DNA of 64,000 bases from Trichosphaerium sp. ATCC 40318 (taxonomy: Eukaryota; Protista; Tubulinea). Below, piece after piece: positions 26,779 through 39,430 of the stretch. The position numbers and the translations under genes were made by a program. The stretch spans positions 72,318-136,317 of the forward strand of contig JALMLS010000282.1 in NCBI GenBank assembly GCA_038496445.1, in the 5' to 3' direction. Every line of letters begins with the position of its first letter. Positions within the stretch are counted from its first letter, which is position 1. The notes below the pieces were generated by a model, which was not told the origin of the DNA, searched no databases, and saw only the letters and a program-made list of their open reading frames with translations.

Positions 26779-28999
26779 ATGGCAACACTTCTCAAAGCTA
26801 GCTTTTGTATAGTACTATACCTGTGCTCACTCTGTCTAGCGAATAAAATATCAGATGGAGGTTATCACTTTATTTTACCATAAAAAACCGTTTTATTAAA
26901 CCACGTGATTTAGGTTTCGAAAACCGTCAACACTCTGACGTATTTGGTGGGGCTGATATCTCTTTTGTAACAAATCCAGTCCAACAAGGGACGTACAGCG
27001 CTAAAATATCCAACAGGTTCGTTAACAGACAGTTGTAGTAGCGTTCACTAACTTTTAAAAAAGAAATGGAGTTTTCGCTGGCATTAAGTTCAATATGAAA
27101 GCTGGTGGCTTAAACTTGCTTTCTCCTGAGGCTAACCAAGCAGGACAAGAGCTATCTTTCTCATGTTATGTTCGTACAACATCAGCTCAGACTTTTAAAG
27201 TGACAGCCTTGTACGTTCATCTCCTTTTTTGGTAGCTTTGTGACTTTTTGTTTTAGTTCTAAAAAAGGAGGTGTTGATTCGTATGTAACGATGGCTACTG
27301 CCTCTACGACATCTAATACTTGGAAACGAATCGACGCTAGTCTTTCTCTTGAAGCGCAAAGTGTGTATGAGGAGTTTTTTATTTTTGTGGAAGGACCACC
27401 ACAAAGTGAGTATTGGCAAAGAAACCAGTTCTGTTTTTTTTCTAATAGTTTTTCATTCAGGTGTCGACTACTTTATCGACACGTGCTCAATCACCATTGG
27501 CGGAAGCGGTGCTAATTGGGAAGCTGAGAAAATAAGGCTCCAAGGAGAAATAGATAAACTACGAAAGAGTACCATTCGTATCAGGGTTATCGACGGCAGT
27601 GGTCAACCTGTTTCAGGCGCTTCTGTTCAAATTTCACAAAAACAAAAAGAGTTCTGCTTTGGTACAGCTGTTGCCAATGAAATGATTGGAAGAACAAGCT
27701 CTGATGCTGTAAACTATCAGAGGTTTCTTGAGGAGAATTACAACTGTGGCGTACCAGAGAATCAAGGGAAATGGCCGGAAAACGAACCAAATCAAGGACA
27801 GGTGCAATATTGATTTCTCAGTTTTGAAGTCTTATGTTAGCGTAGGTCTCATACACTGAGATAGATAAAATTGTAGACTTCCTACAGGACCGTGATATGA
27901 AAGTGAGAATGCACACTATGGTTTGGGCAGTAGAAAGAGTACAAAATGTTAAAAAAACATCTCAGAAGTTGACTTAGTTTGCACCTAGTTTGTTCAAGGA
28001 TGGGTGAAGGGATTGTCAAATTCTCAACTTCAAAGTGCATTGACTGCAAGGATAAACTCATATGTTTCTCGGTGGGAAGACAAAGATATTTGGCACATGG
28101 ATGGTGCGTTTATCAACATTCAGTTAGGTCAGGAATGTAACTGTTTTTTTAGTCAACAACGAAGCGACACATGGTAACTTTTTCGCTGCAAAGTTAGGTT
28201 CTATGTCAACAGCAGATATGCACAAGGCAGCAAAGAATATAGGAGGAAACATTAAACTATATGTAAACGATTATAACATGATCACAGAGGCGAATGAGTG
28301 GCCAACATACAAAGTACTTAACTAGTAGTCTCATTGATACTTACAGCTTTCAGACGTTCATCAGCAATCTCCTCTCTCAAGGCGCCCCAATTGACGGTAT
28401 AGGTGTTCAAGGACATTTCGGAGATACTGTGAATCCCCTCAATGTAAAGGAACGCCTTGATCAACTCTCCACATTTACAAGCAATGGAAAACAAATTCCA
28501 AGTACCGACCCATTTAGCAACTGATATGTTGTTTTTGACTTTGTTTGTAGTCACTGTAACAGAGTATGACAGCGTTAACGCAAACGAAAATATAAGAGCG
28601 GATAACCTAGAACGCCTATACTATACAGCATACGGACACTCAAACGTAGAAGCAATACTCATGTGGGGCTTTTGGGTACAAATACTTTTCTTTTCTTTCT
28701 TTTTCTTCTACTTTTTTTCCTATTCAGTTACCTTTGTTTAGCAAGGCGCACACTGGCGCGAAAACGCTCACATTGTCAACCAAAATTGGGGTCTTAATGA
28801 AGCCGGTCGTAGATACCAAGCACTAATGAACTTATGGGAAACAAATGAGAATAAAGTGACAGATGGAAACGGAAGGGTAGAAACACAAGGATACCATGGC
28901 ACTTATGACATCACTGTCACAAAGAATGGTGTATCAAGGACTACTTGCTTAGTATTATCAAGTACAATGAGACGTAAATCAGTTACTGTAAGCCTGTAG
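26779..28999 (+). CDS. Secreted GH10 endo-1,4-beta-xylanase with N-terminal CBM4_9/CBM22-like module
   Basis: Signal peptide, then DGGFE...GTYSAKISNR. GH10 motifs: FCFGTAV, PENQGKW, DVNNE (acid/base), YVNDYN, IDGIGVQGH, VTEYD (nucleophile), ILMWGFW. Confidence 0.9.
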
Positions 29000-30419
29000 A
29001 GAGCATAAAGTCAAAGAGAATTAATAAAACCTTAGATAAACATTGACAGAGGTACTCTCAGTCGTAAAGCTTCCAATGCACGTGTAATCACTCTGTTCAC
29101 AGGTACTCTTTACTTCGTAAACCTTGTTTGTCTAATTTCACTATTTTCGATAGCTCTATTGTTACTATGTGTTGTCTTTGTACTGTAGTGTACGTTGTCC
29201 GAAATAAACTGACAGAAAAAGTTAAAAATGCAAACCATGCTCAATACTGCTATCGGTCTATAGAGGTTTACTACGAACTACCTGAGCTTTGAGAACTGAA
29301 ATGTGTAAAAGGAGCACTGTAGAGGCATGTATATGTACACATAGTGTGTTGATGCAAACTGTTGTATTGTGTTTTGTCTACAATAGTTACCTGGAGTGTA
29401 CATCAACTTAAGTTGGAATTGACTCACAAGTTTTCAGAGGCAATACAGTTAACAAGTTTGACAACCTCACGATTGCAACGCTAAACAAAATTCATTGTCT
29501 CTTTCTTCGAAAACTTGAGCACAGGTTCCAATCAAAAAAGAAATGAAAATGTTTCTGTAATTGTAGTAGTTGCAGTGTGCACCACGCGTGGGGCTTCGTA
29601 GCCATTTGGGCGAAAAAATTTAAGGGAGTCCTCCGTCTAGCTTAGTGGGTGTATGCATTGCGAGGTGGAGCTGTCAAAGTTCCATCTTAATCCGACGTAG
29701 TGTGAAAGCTTGAATCGTTACATTAGCCAGCATGTCCTCGTAAGTAGCACGTAATTAACTTAGGAACTCGGTCTGGGCCAAGAAAATTATAAGGTCCGAT
29801 ATAGAGGTGAGTTATGCCGTTAGGGAAAAGCTGTATAAAATTTGAATAGGCGCTGTATAGCAGCCTATGATCGTTCTTTTTACAACCTTTTGACCTCCTG
29901 TGCAAGCAGTTGTTGGGGTGTAACCAATGGGTACGAAAGAAAGTTAGAAGGGTGGTAATATACACTGCTCTATTCATTGGACGCAGTATGTAAGAAAACG
30001 CTAAGCATGTTTCTGTAGCAAAATCAAGATATAATGACCGTGGTTTCGTACTTGTCTTTGTTTATGGAGCAGTTTTTCAGATTTTGCACAACACGTGCAA
30101 TGAAAAAAAGTACAGAGATAAGTACAATAGTGAATATGAAGAAAAGGTTTGGAAGACGACCATACCGGGGAGACCATTGACACTGTAGTACTAGGTAAGC
30201 GTGAATTTGTTAAATTCTCAACTACTAAAACTACAAGCACTGATTGAGCTAACAACAGTTACTAGAGGTATCTCGTGTAGTAATTTTATGAGCACTCTAA
30301 GAAAAAAGCGTGTAAATTTACGCCTGTTTTGGTAATACACGCGATTATTGAAAACTTAACACAATTTGAACTTGCCTTATATGAAAAAACAGAAATACGT
30401 CATTTCGTACCACACAAAG

Positions 30420-30977
30420 ATGTTAAAGCTTGTACTCCTATCATGCCTATTCCTATCCGTATCATTCTGCGCTGACCCTCCTGAATGGTTTGAGTACGCC
30501 AAGTACGCGAGATACCTCATTTCTGAAGCAACATGGGGTACAGCGTCTTCGATAACACTTGACAATCGCCCAAGAGGAAACGTCTTTTCTTTCTCAGATG
30601 GTGACGCTTCAGGGTCAACGGGGATTCCAGTGTTCCTACTCACTCCAATGGACCCTACTATACCTGAATGGAAAGCCAATAGTAACTGTAGCTTAAGCGT
30701 AACTCTGAAACAAATAGCTGATGGAAAGTACTGTAGTACCATTGATACAGAGAACCCAACATGTGGTAGAATAACATTATTTGGAAGCTGTCAGCAAGTT
30801 AAACCTGCGGACTTGGATAAAGCTAAGTCAGCGTTCTACTACAAGCACCCACACGCAAAAGATTGGCCAAGCTTTCATGACTTTGAGTTCTGGACAATGA
30901 ATCTTACGTCTGTATGGATGCTTGATTACTACGGTGGACCGCATGATACGACTGTAAAAGAGTACTTAGAAGCTTAA
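30420..30977 (+). CDS. CREG: CREG-family secreted/lysosomal protein (intronless)
   Basis: Signal peptide. ARYL...WGT, GNVFSFSDG...STGIPVF, DTENPTCGRITLFG, KHP..KDWP..HDF, LDYYGGP. Confidence 0.9.
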   Translation: MLKLVLLSCLFLSVSFCADPPEWFEYAKYARYLISEATWGTASSITLDNRPRGNVFSFSDGDASGSTGIPVFLLTPMDPTIPEWKANSNCSLSVTLKQIADGKYCSTIDTENPTCGRITLFGSCQQVKPADLDKAKSAFYYKHPHAKDWPSFHDFEFWTMNLTSVWMLDYYGGPHDTTVKEYLEA

Positions 30978-31401
30978 TAAAATAAATTGTCCTTCCTGTA
31001 CTCAATCTCAGTTTGTGTGCTCAGCCAACAGCGTCAAAGTGCCTGTTAAAATAGTTCTAATGGACTAGTTGCCTCACGTGCGCGTACTTGTGGAAAGAAC
31101 ATATGAGGCTTTTCCTACGTTTGAAAGATATGCCTAACAATAACCAATGCAAGTATCAAAATAGATAGTAAGCGGAAATCATCCACGCTTCCCAAAAGGA
31201 AATAATACTGTACTTTTTTTATTGATGTTTTTCGATGACTTATATTCCATCTGTAAGATAGACATGTTTGTCTTCTCCGAAGCTCTCATTTGCTGGTAGT
31301 AGGGTGAATTTGCATTTGGGCAATACTGTTCCAGGCGGATTGTTGTGCAAGAAAATTGAAGCGTTGACTGCGAAATAAATTTGCCTTAATTAACAACGCT
31401 A

Positions 31402-32180
31402 ATGAAGCATATAAACCGTTTACTTACGACATTGATGGGCTACGCCAGCAATACCGTAAAACATGACGATTGCCACCTATTACGCCTTCCCATTGAGATT
31501 CAACTCGATATCATTGAACTGGACGTATCATTGTATTTAATTTGGCCTCTTCTGTCTAAAACAAGTGCAATGATGACAAGATTCGATGGAGAGATGAAGA
31601 AACATGGAAAATGGCAAAGAAGAACATCTAACAACCAACTTGTAAGCTCAAGTTTGTGATCATCAATTCAATTTACACGTTTTTAAAAAGTCAACACGTG
31701 GCGCTTAGCCAACACGTGTTTGAAACCAACCTTACTAGTATTAGACAAGTCAAATGTATTACTCACATGGTATACTACATGGAGAATGGACTCGATATTT
31801 AAGAGGCCGATTGAGAGAACAATACAAATATGTCAATGGTAAGCAAGAAGGATACAAGTCGTGGTATGATAATGGCATTTTGAGTAAGCAATACAGTTCC
31901 ATCAATAGTATACTTGAAGGAGAATACAAGGAGTGGCACAATAATGGTCAATTAGTTGAGCAACATTATTATGTCAATGGCAAACAGGAAGGGGAGCACA
32001 AACACTGGTAATGGTCAATTGAGAGAACACTGTTTTTATGTCAATGGAAAGATAGAGGGAGAGTACAAGTCATGGTATTACAATGGCCAATTGAGCAGGC
32101 AATACAATTCAATCAATGGAAAGCTTGAAGGAGAGGAGAAGAAATGGTTTTCAGATGGTAAACTGAAATACAAAGAGTAG
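31402..32180 (+). pseudogene. F-box-like/MORN2-repeat pseudogene
   Basis: Exon 1 is near-identical to that of 8352 (ends KWQRRTSNNQL). The repeat exon has small deletions and a frameshift near 32010 (ORFs 31754 and 31956 are in different frames). Confidence 0.75.
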
Positions 32181-32284
32181 TAGCATAGAACCGACCAAAT
32201 AATGTACACATTCATTGTACAGAATAGTAAGCAAGACTTTGTGTACAGTCCACAAGTTACTAATAATAACTTACGAACACTGAG

Positions 32285-32520
32285 TTTCTCATTCGACCTG
32301 CAATAACACTACTTTGCGTTAGCACTAAACCTGATTTTTCGACAAACTTTGTGAACATAGGTAGCCTTTTGTAACTATGCAAGCCATCTATTAGTGTATC
32401 CTTTTGGAGTACTTACATGAGGACAAGTACAAAAAGTCACGTGCTACAAATAGGGAGTGGCCTTTTAAAAAGTAGGCTTAGGGTTACAATCAAATAGCGC
32501 TATGTTAGGCAAAAAAATTC
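32285..32520. mobile_element. MITE copy (family of 22529)
   Basis: Colinear similarity to 22540-22760, including CCTGATTTTT, CATAGGTA, AAAGTCACGTGC and GTGGCCTTTTA..AAGTAGGCTTAG. Confidence 0.7.
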
Positions 32521-32918
32521 TCTATGTTCTTTCTCAACTTTCATTTTGAACTTTAGAACCTTCTATTACCACAATCGTCTTAGAGTACACCTGTTTTCTT
32601 TTGTAGAGCTTTCTAAGCTCTTACTTTGAACCAAAAACCGAAGCAATACATAGTACCACTAGCAACACAATTGTAGCATGCTATGCATGCATGTTTCGTT
32701 CAAACATAGCAAAGTGAAGCGCATGTAAGACCCAACAGTATGCTCAATAAGGCAATAAACACCCGAATTGTACTATTCTTTTTATGTTATTGCTACATTG
32801 TAAAGTAAATTTTCGTATTCTGGAAAATATAAGTACTATGTTTACAACTTTGGCTATTTATTCTATTCTAATGTCAAACGTTGTATACAAAGTCACTATC
32901 ACTAATTCGCAAGGACCA

Positions 32919-34653
32919 CTAAAGATTGCCATTTCTCTTTGCTTTTGTGACCTTGATACGTTCCATCAAGATGAATCCAAGTTCTTTCAACACTTCTTGA
33001 TCAATTTCATTGACTTGAATGGCGAGTTCATTCATCAATGATCCAAGTTCTTGTGCTCGCTCACTTGAGATACCCAACCCTTTCAATACTGACACCCAAT
33101 CAGTTTCATTGTTTTGAATCGGTATTGGTGTTGTTGGAGCAACTGAAGGGATGGTTGATTTGGTATCACGTGGTTGAGTGAATGTTGGCTAAATAACAGT
33201 CAAGTTAAAGAAACTTGAAACTGAAATAATACATACCTTGGTGTCAACAGAAACGTTGGGTTCCTCAATCCACGACTTGTTGGTTACATCATGTGACAAT
33301 AAAACGGGGTTACTTGGTTCACTACTAGCCTATGAACTTGTTAGGAATGTATTTTGTTATTTTTTGGTACATCATTTAATATGTCTTTTTGGTTCTGTAT
33401 TTCAAGAGCATCTTTAATCATATTGACATGCTCTGAGGCGTCTCCAAACTTGGTGTAACTTTTTTGAATGTTTACACCATCAAACGACAAGTGTGTGTGG
33501 GTCTTGTTTCAACTCTTTGCGTATCTCTTCTAAAGTGTTCTTTTGAGGTTGGATTACCTAAAAACAAGCAGTTTGCATATATTGACAATAAATGATTGAG
33601 TACCTTCCTGTGGTTACTGAATGACAATTGTTGTGGCGAAGATTCTCCATAATCATTATCACCACCTGTAACCAATCTGAAATCATGAGATATTGCCAAG
33701 TAATGCCATCGTTTATTGGCAAACTCAAGATATTTTCCAGGTAATTTTAATGGTTTGTTTGATTTGAACGAATCAATCCATTTCCCTCTACCCCAAGCAA
33801 ACAACCAACCTTCATCATCAATCGCAAATGATGAATGACCACCAGCATGGACAGATATGATGTTATTCAGTCCTTTGATGATACCTTGGCCACACTTGCC
33901 ATTAATACCCAATCCAAGACACCCATAGTAGAGGTTGCATCCAAAAGAAAATACTTGTCCTGACTTGAGGAGAACAAGTACATGCCAATAACCAATGGCA
34001 ATATCAGTGGCATCTTCAATGTTTGGAACACGTGAAATTGTCTGTAGATTCAAGAACAATGCTTTATCTACTGCTTCATCAAGTGTTGTTCCCCAAAGAA
34101 AGACATGACCTGTTGATGTCATTGCTCCACTTACATGAGAATTAGTTTGAATTTTTTGAACATTTTGAAGATTTGGAATAAGCACTGGTGATGAAACTTT
34201 CTTCTTGTCGAATGAATGACCCAATCCATGACATGAGTTATCTCCCCAAGAGTAGACATGACCTGAATGTGATAACGCCATACTCACACTACCGGCAGTG
34301 ACTTTCGTGATATTATTGAGATTTGAAACACGTGTTGGTGACGAAATAGGTGACTTGAAGTGACCCAGACCCAATTCACCGAATGTATTACAGCCCCATG
34401 CATACACAATACCATTCGAATCAACTGCAACGCTATGTTGATATCCAGCAGCAATACAGACGATATTTACAAGTGACTTTATTGGTCTTGCGATAGAACT
34501 CTTTTTTTTGCCTGTATTACCCAATTGGCGGTTATCGTTTTGCCCCCATGTGTAAACAAAGCCATCGTCTGCGATTACCATTGAATGTCCATCACCAATG
34601 GCCAAGCGGTTAACATATTGTAAATTAATGTCTAAAGTTTGAGTTTCTGCCAT
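32919..34653 (-). CDS. RCC1/BLIP-II propeller + SAM-like domain, copy B (4 exons; apparent frameshift in exon 2)
   Basis: The 393-aa ORF covers the propeller. Linker exons and the SAM-like exon (ends RNGNL*) are homologous to the other copies. Confidence 0.85.
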
Positions 34654-35020
34654 TCACGTGTTAGTTTTAATGTTATTCACGTGTGTTTGCCCAGACGAAT
34701 ACTGTGTTTCGAACAGTATCCCAATTTTAGGGGGGCCATAGTTTTTTCCGAATTTTCCGAAAACAAAAATTCGAAAAAATAGAATTCGTAGAAAGATGCA
34801 TAGCTAGGGCAGTCACTAAACTACAAAGCTTTTTGGTTGTCACGTGCGAACATTTACTGAGCAGATAAGTTAACACTTTTTACTTTGGGTTTCAACAAAT
34901 ACTCAACATTGACCAGTGGAGCACGTTTTTCCCCCTGTTAAGCGTTCGCCTTCCCATTCTCATGACTGTGGTTTGTTAGTACATTAAACTACTAGTAGCG
35001 GCCTAAAACGCTCAACCAAC

Positions 35021-38000
35021 ATGCTGAAACTACGGAAACAACGGGTTATAGCTCGCATTGAGTCGTACATGCGAATTTAGTATATTTCCTCCTAAATGGA
35101 CGTAAACGTTGCTTTTGACGCGTTTCCACGCTTGCAGAATTGTTTTAACGACAAATGTTGACTTTTGATTTAAGCTCCGAGGTTATTGGCGCTAATTCTG
35201 GCATCACCACTCTATGGCGCTACCTGTCGCGTTTTCATTATTAAGTAAAGCATATTACGTTTGTAAATGAGCAAACGACTGTCTGCAAAGAAAGACACAT
35301 CTAAAAAAGAGAACGGAGACCTCCAAAAGGTACATAATGCGTAGTAAAGATATATACCGCACGCCTGCTTGTCATAAAACAAAACAATAACGTTTTTGAC
35401 TTTAGATCCTTGACGATGAACGAAATACAGCAAAAGAGTTGTTCAATAAGATTTCTTCGCATGTTAGCGCATCTAAAGGTGCTCTAAATGACCTTTTTGA
35501 TTTTTTTTCTTTCTTTGTCGTTAACGCCAAATATAGCGAGTGTAGACACTGGTAAGGATCTAGCGAAGTATCTTCTAGGTTCGTAACGACATTTTGTTCT
35601 TTTAAAGAAAACAATCACAATCGGTTTCAGATATCTCGCCATACAGCTAGAATATTAATATCTGAGCGTCCGTGATAGCTCCTGTTTGTTTTTAAAATTA
35701 TTGGGCTACAAAATAGAAGATTAAAAAGATTTTGGTTTAGTTTTTATTAAAGGTTGAAGAGCTGTGCATTTTAACCGATTCCTTAGAGCTTGGTAATACC
35801 GGAGAAGATTTAAATAAAGAGTATGGTACGTAAATAGTTTCTCACCACGTGTTTTTTGTAAATTCACGTGTAAATCGGCGAACAACAACGCTTTGTGAGA
35901 TTTAGTTGTTTTTTTTTTTGAAAGCTTGAAACGGCCAATTCTATTATTCAGTTCCTAACTTGCTTATCAAGGTGAGGCATTAAAACTTGTCGGAGCATTA
36001 CAACTACTTGTGCAAGACTTGAATTTACATATTGTACGGCTATTATAGCACAACGGCGACTTATTAGAATAACATTTTTGCAATTCTTGAACGAAAATCT
36101 AAGTATTTTTTTTTAGTTGAATACCATGGAAACTCAAGTAATGTCACCAGTAAAGCAATACACACAATCGTTAAAGGAACTAAGCTCGCATTTAAAAAAG
36201 CAAGAACAACCGACTCATACAGTTAACAGCTTTTTGAGCAGAGGTAACAGTTTTTTTTTCCGACTTTTTCTTTTATTGCAAACCTCAACATTTGTTTCTT
36301 TGGTGCTTCACCACTGGTTTATTATGATTTGCTTTATCCTTAACTCTTTCTTTAAAGCTAAGATGGAGCAGTTAACAAAATTCTACACTCTGGTTATGAG
36401 CTACAAACAGTTTTACGCGTGTGGACTAGAAAAAATGAATGAAGATGTTTTGCCTGAATTAAAAAGTTACAATGATATCGCCACTCTTATGCTAGGTTCG
36501 AATCAGCTTTCTTTGTATTATTACTCTTAATATGTATTTTTAAGGTGATTCTAGATACCTGGCAGAAAAAGCAAAAACCGAAGCACCTGCGGCGCCTGTA
36601 GCTGTTAAAGCTAAAAGACGTCTTTCTTTAAATATCACATCAAAACGAAACTCTATAAAACTCTCTGGTGTATCAGCATATGCTGGTGGATCTGATAGTG
36701 AAAGTGGTGCTATAGCTTCACCTGGTGTTCAGCCACGTGCGTCTAGACGTGCGATATAAAAACAAACGCAGCATAGAAAGAAAAAAATTATGATGTTTAT
36801 TTTTTGTTTTCTTCTAGGACTTGTTGCAAGACGACAGACTACCAAGAGGCGCTCTAAAAGATCGAGAAGACTTTCTCAATCGCCGGTATTTATTTATTTA
36901 ATTGATAAAACCCTTTTATTTAATGTGTGTTTGTCAGGTTGGTATTGTATTTGGAAGGAGTTTGGAGGAAGTTTGTCTCAGAGAAAATCGAAACGTGCCT
37001 CGATTTTTACAAGGAGCTATTGAGCAATTAGAAACTCATTTTGATACCATTGGTTTATTTCGTATTGGAGGATATAAACCAGAAGTTAAAATGTTGAGAC
37101 AGTTAATTGATAGCGGTGTACGCTGATTGAAACGCTTTTTGACAAAAAATTGATATTCTGGGAGTTTCACTTTTCTATGTACTGATCTGTTGTTAGGTAT
37201 ACTGCTATGATGACCTCAAGAGTCCTCATGTAATTTGTATATGTATCAAAGAATTTTTACGAGAAATGGCTGATGCGCCGTTATTACCAGTGGAGCTATT
37301 CGATAAGTTTGGCAATATTTGTACGGGCTGATAAATGAGAATTTTCTGAGATATTTTTCTTCATTCAGAAGCACCCTGGCTTATTCTATTTGTAGTGGGT
37401 TTACATCAACATAATCGCATTGATATGTTTAGACAGTTAATATCAAATACACCATACCATGTTCAAGGAACACTTGGATACTTGTTGATCTTTGCACAGT
37501 GCGTTTTTTAATTTCCTGGTTTTTTCCTTTTTTATTCTCGGTTTATTGATGCCTATCAGGCGAATGGCTCAATCTGCTGAAGTTCATAAAATGACTGCAG
37601 CGAACATAGCTTCTCTGTTAGCGCCGAATATACTTTATAGTAATGAACCAACTAATGTTGCACATGTAACAATGGCAAACAATATTATCACTTATTTTAT
37701 TGAAAACGCCCACGAAATATTCAACAAGGTGCGCTATCACCCATGAAAGATTATCATGTTCTTGGTTTCTACGACAAATATTGTTCTTACTAACTTGTAA
37801 AACTCTACTACAGGTAAACTTAAGTATGCCGCTATTTATCTCGCCGATTGATAAACAACACTTTCCGGCTTCTTTTGTTAACAAAGAAGAACAGTGGAAA
37901 TCAATTGGTCTTCTTTCAAATGATGTTTCTGAGCGTGAAAGACTTATTTGTGCATTGACAGTTATTAATTGCAAGCAAGTGCGTACTGGATGGGTGCTTG

Positions 38001-38683
38001 TTGGGTACAATGATTCAGGAGATATTGCTTTGCAATCTTATCGTGCTTTTGGAAAAGGAGATGAAGAAGTTTGTATTAAGTCTCTTTCTCAGTCTTTAGA
38101 GGATAAACAGGTTCAATATGCATTAGTAAGGTATGTTTGTTATTAGTTATATTCGAAACTATATCACGTGCTTAACACGTGTTTTTTTATTCCACCCAAA
38201 TGGCGGGTTTTTCATTGCGAACCAAAAAAAAACAAAAATTCTGGCTCCGATTCGTTTTTTTGAACCATTGTTACTTGTATAATCATATCCAAAGTTATGG
38301 TATAAAAGCGCTTTTATAGAAGTATTCTAATCCATAAACTTTGGATGTGCTAGTTATTTTAAAGAGCGAAAACTGAAGAAAATTTGATGTTGGTTTTTTT
38401 TTACCGTTGATGTTCATTTCTTGTGTTTAGGATACCTATACCTAGTAATGATAAGTCGCCAGCTAAATCTACGAGTCAAAAACAACAGGATATTTTTGTT
38501 CAGTGGTATGGTAGTGGTGTTGGGATAATGGAAAAAGCGAAAAAGAGATCACATCATAGCGAGTTACAGCAAATTTTGAATCCTTATCATTATGAGGTGT
38601 ATGTCGTTTCTAGAGTCAATTTCACGCTTGAAAATTTATTGAAAGCAGCACGTCCAGGATCAGGAACACATGTTATTGATTAG
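35021..38683 (+). CDS. RhoGAP protein with C-terminal ADF-H (coactosin-like) domain; start approximate
   Basis: FGRSLEEV...VPRFL...GLFRIGG (arginine finger), KEFLREM..PLL, HKMTAANIASLLAPNIL. ADF-H: GWVLVGY...QYALVRI...IFVQWYGSGVGIMEKAK. Confidence 0.85.
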
Positions 38684-38999
38684 AAGAACAGACATATAGA
38701 CCAAAGCTGTTAAACAAAAAAAGAAGAAAAAAAAGTGTAAATATCAAAGAAATTTTTTTGTGAGTGTTGTAGAGCTCAATTTGTATTCCTTGTGTGGTTA
38801 TGATCCACTTAGATCATAGAAACTTAAGTTCAGGTTGTACTTTTGGTAACTGGAGCTGGCGTTAACAAGACAAACAAGCATATCATTATCTTAGCGTCGA
38901 AGAATATGTCTCGAAGGTTTTGTGGAAAATATGAGATAATTGAACTTACAATTTTCTTTATTCTCTATTCTAATGTTGCAAACAAATTCACTATTGCCG

Positions 39000-39430
39000 C
39001 TAAAGATTGCCATTTCTCTTTGCTTTTGTGACCTTGATACGTTCCACCAAGTTGAATCCAAGTTCTTTCAACACTTCTTGATCAATTTCATTGACTTGAA
39101 TGGCGAGTTCATTCATCAATGATCCAAGTTCTTGTGCTCGCTCACTTGCGATACCCAACCTTGTCAACACTGACACCCAATCAGTTCCATTGTTTTGAAC
39201 CGGTATTGATGTTGTTGGAGCAACTGAACGGATGGTTGATTTGGTATCACGTGGTTGAGTGAATGTTGGCTAAATAACAGTTAGTGTAAAGAAACTTTGA
39301 AACTGAAATAATACATACCTTGGCGTCAACAACAGAAACGTTGGGTTTCTCAAACCACGACTTGTTGGAAACCAGTGGCCAAGCAGTTAACATATTGTAA
39401 ATTGATGTCTAAAGTCTGAGGTTCTGCCAT
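39000..39430 (-). pseudogene. Internally deleted RCC1-SAM paralog, copy E
   Basis: MAEPQTLDINLQYVNCLATGFQ is fused out of frame to exon 3 at CCAACA. The SAM-like exon is intact and near-identical to that of copy B. Confidence 0.85.

Noticed and set aside
29580-30260. Slightly GC-richer stretch, including a 5S-like ACGACCATACC at about 30156
   Set aside because: No continuing 5S structure, convincing ORF or repeat boundary could be supported.
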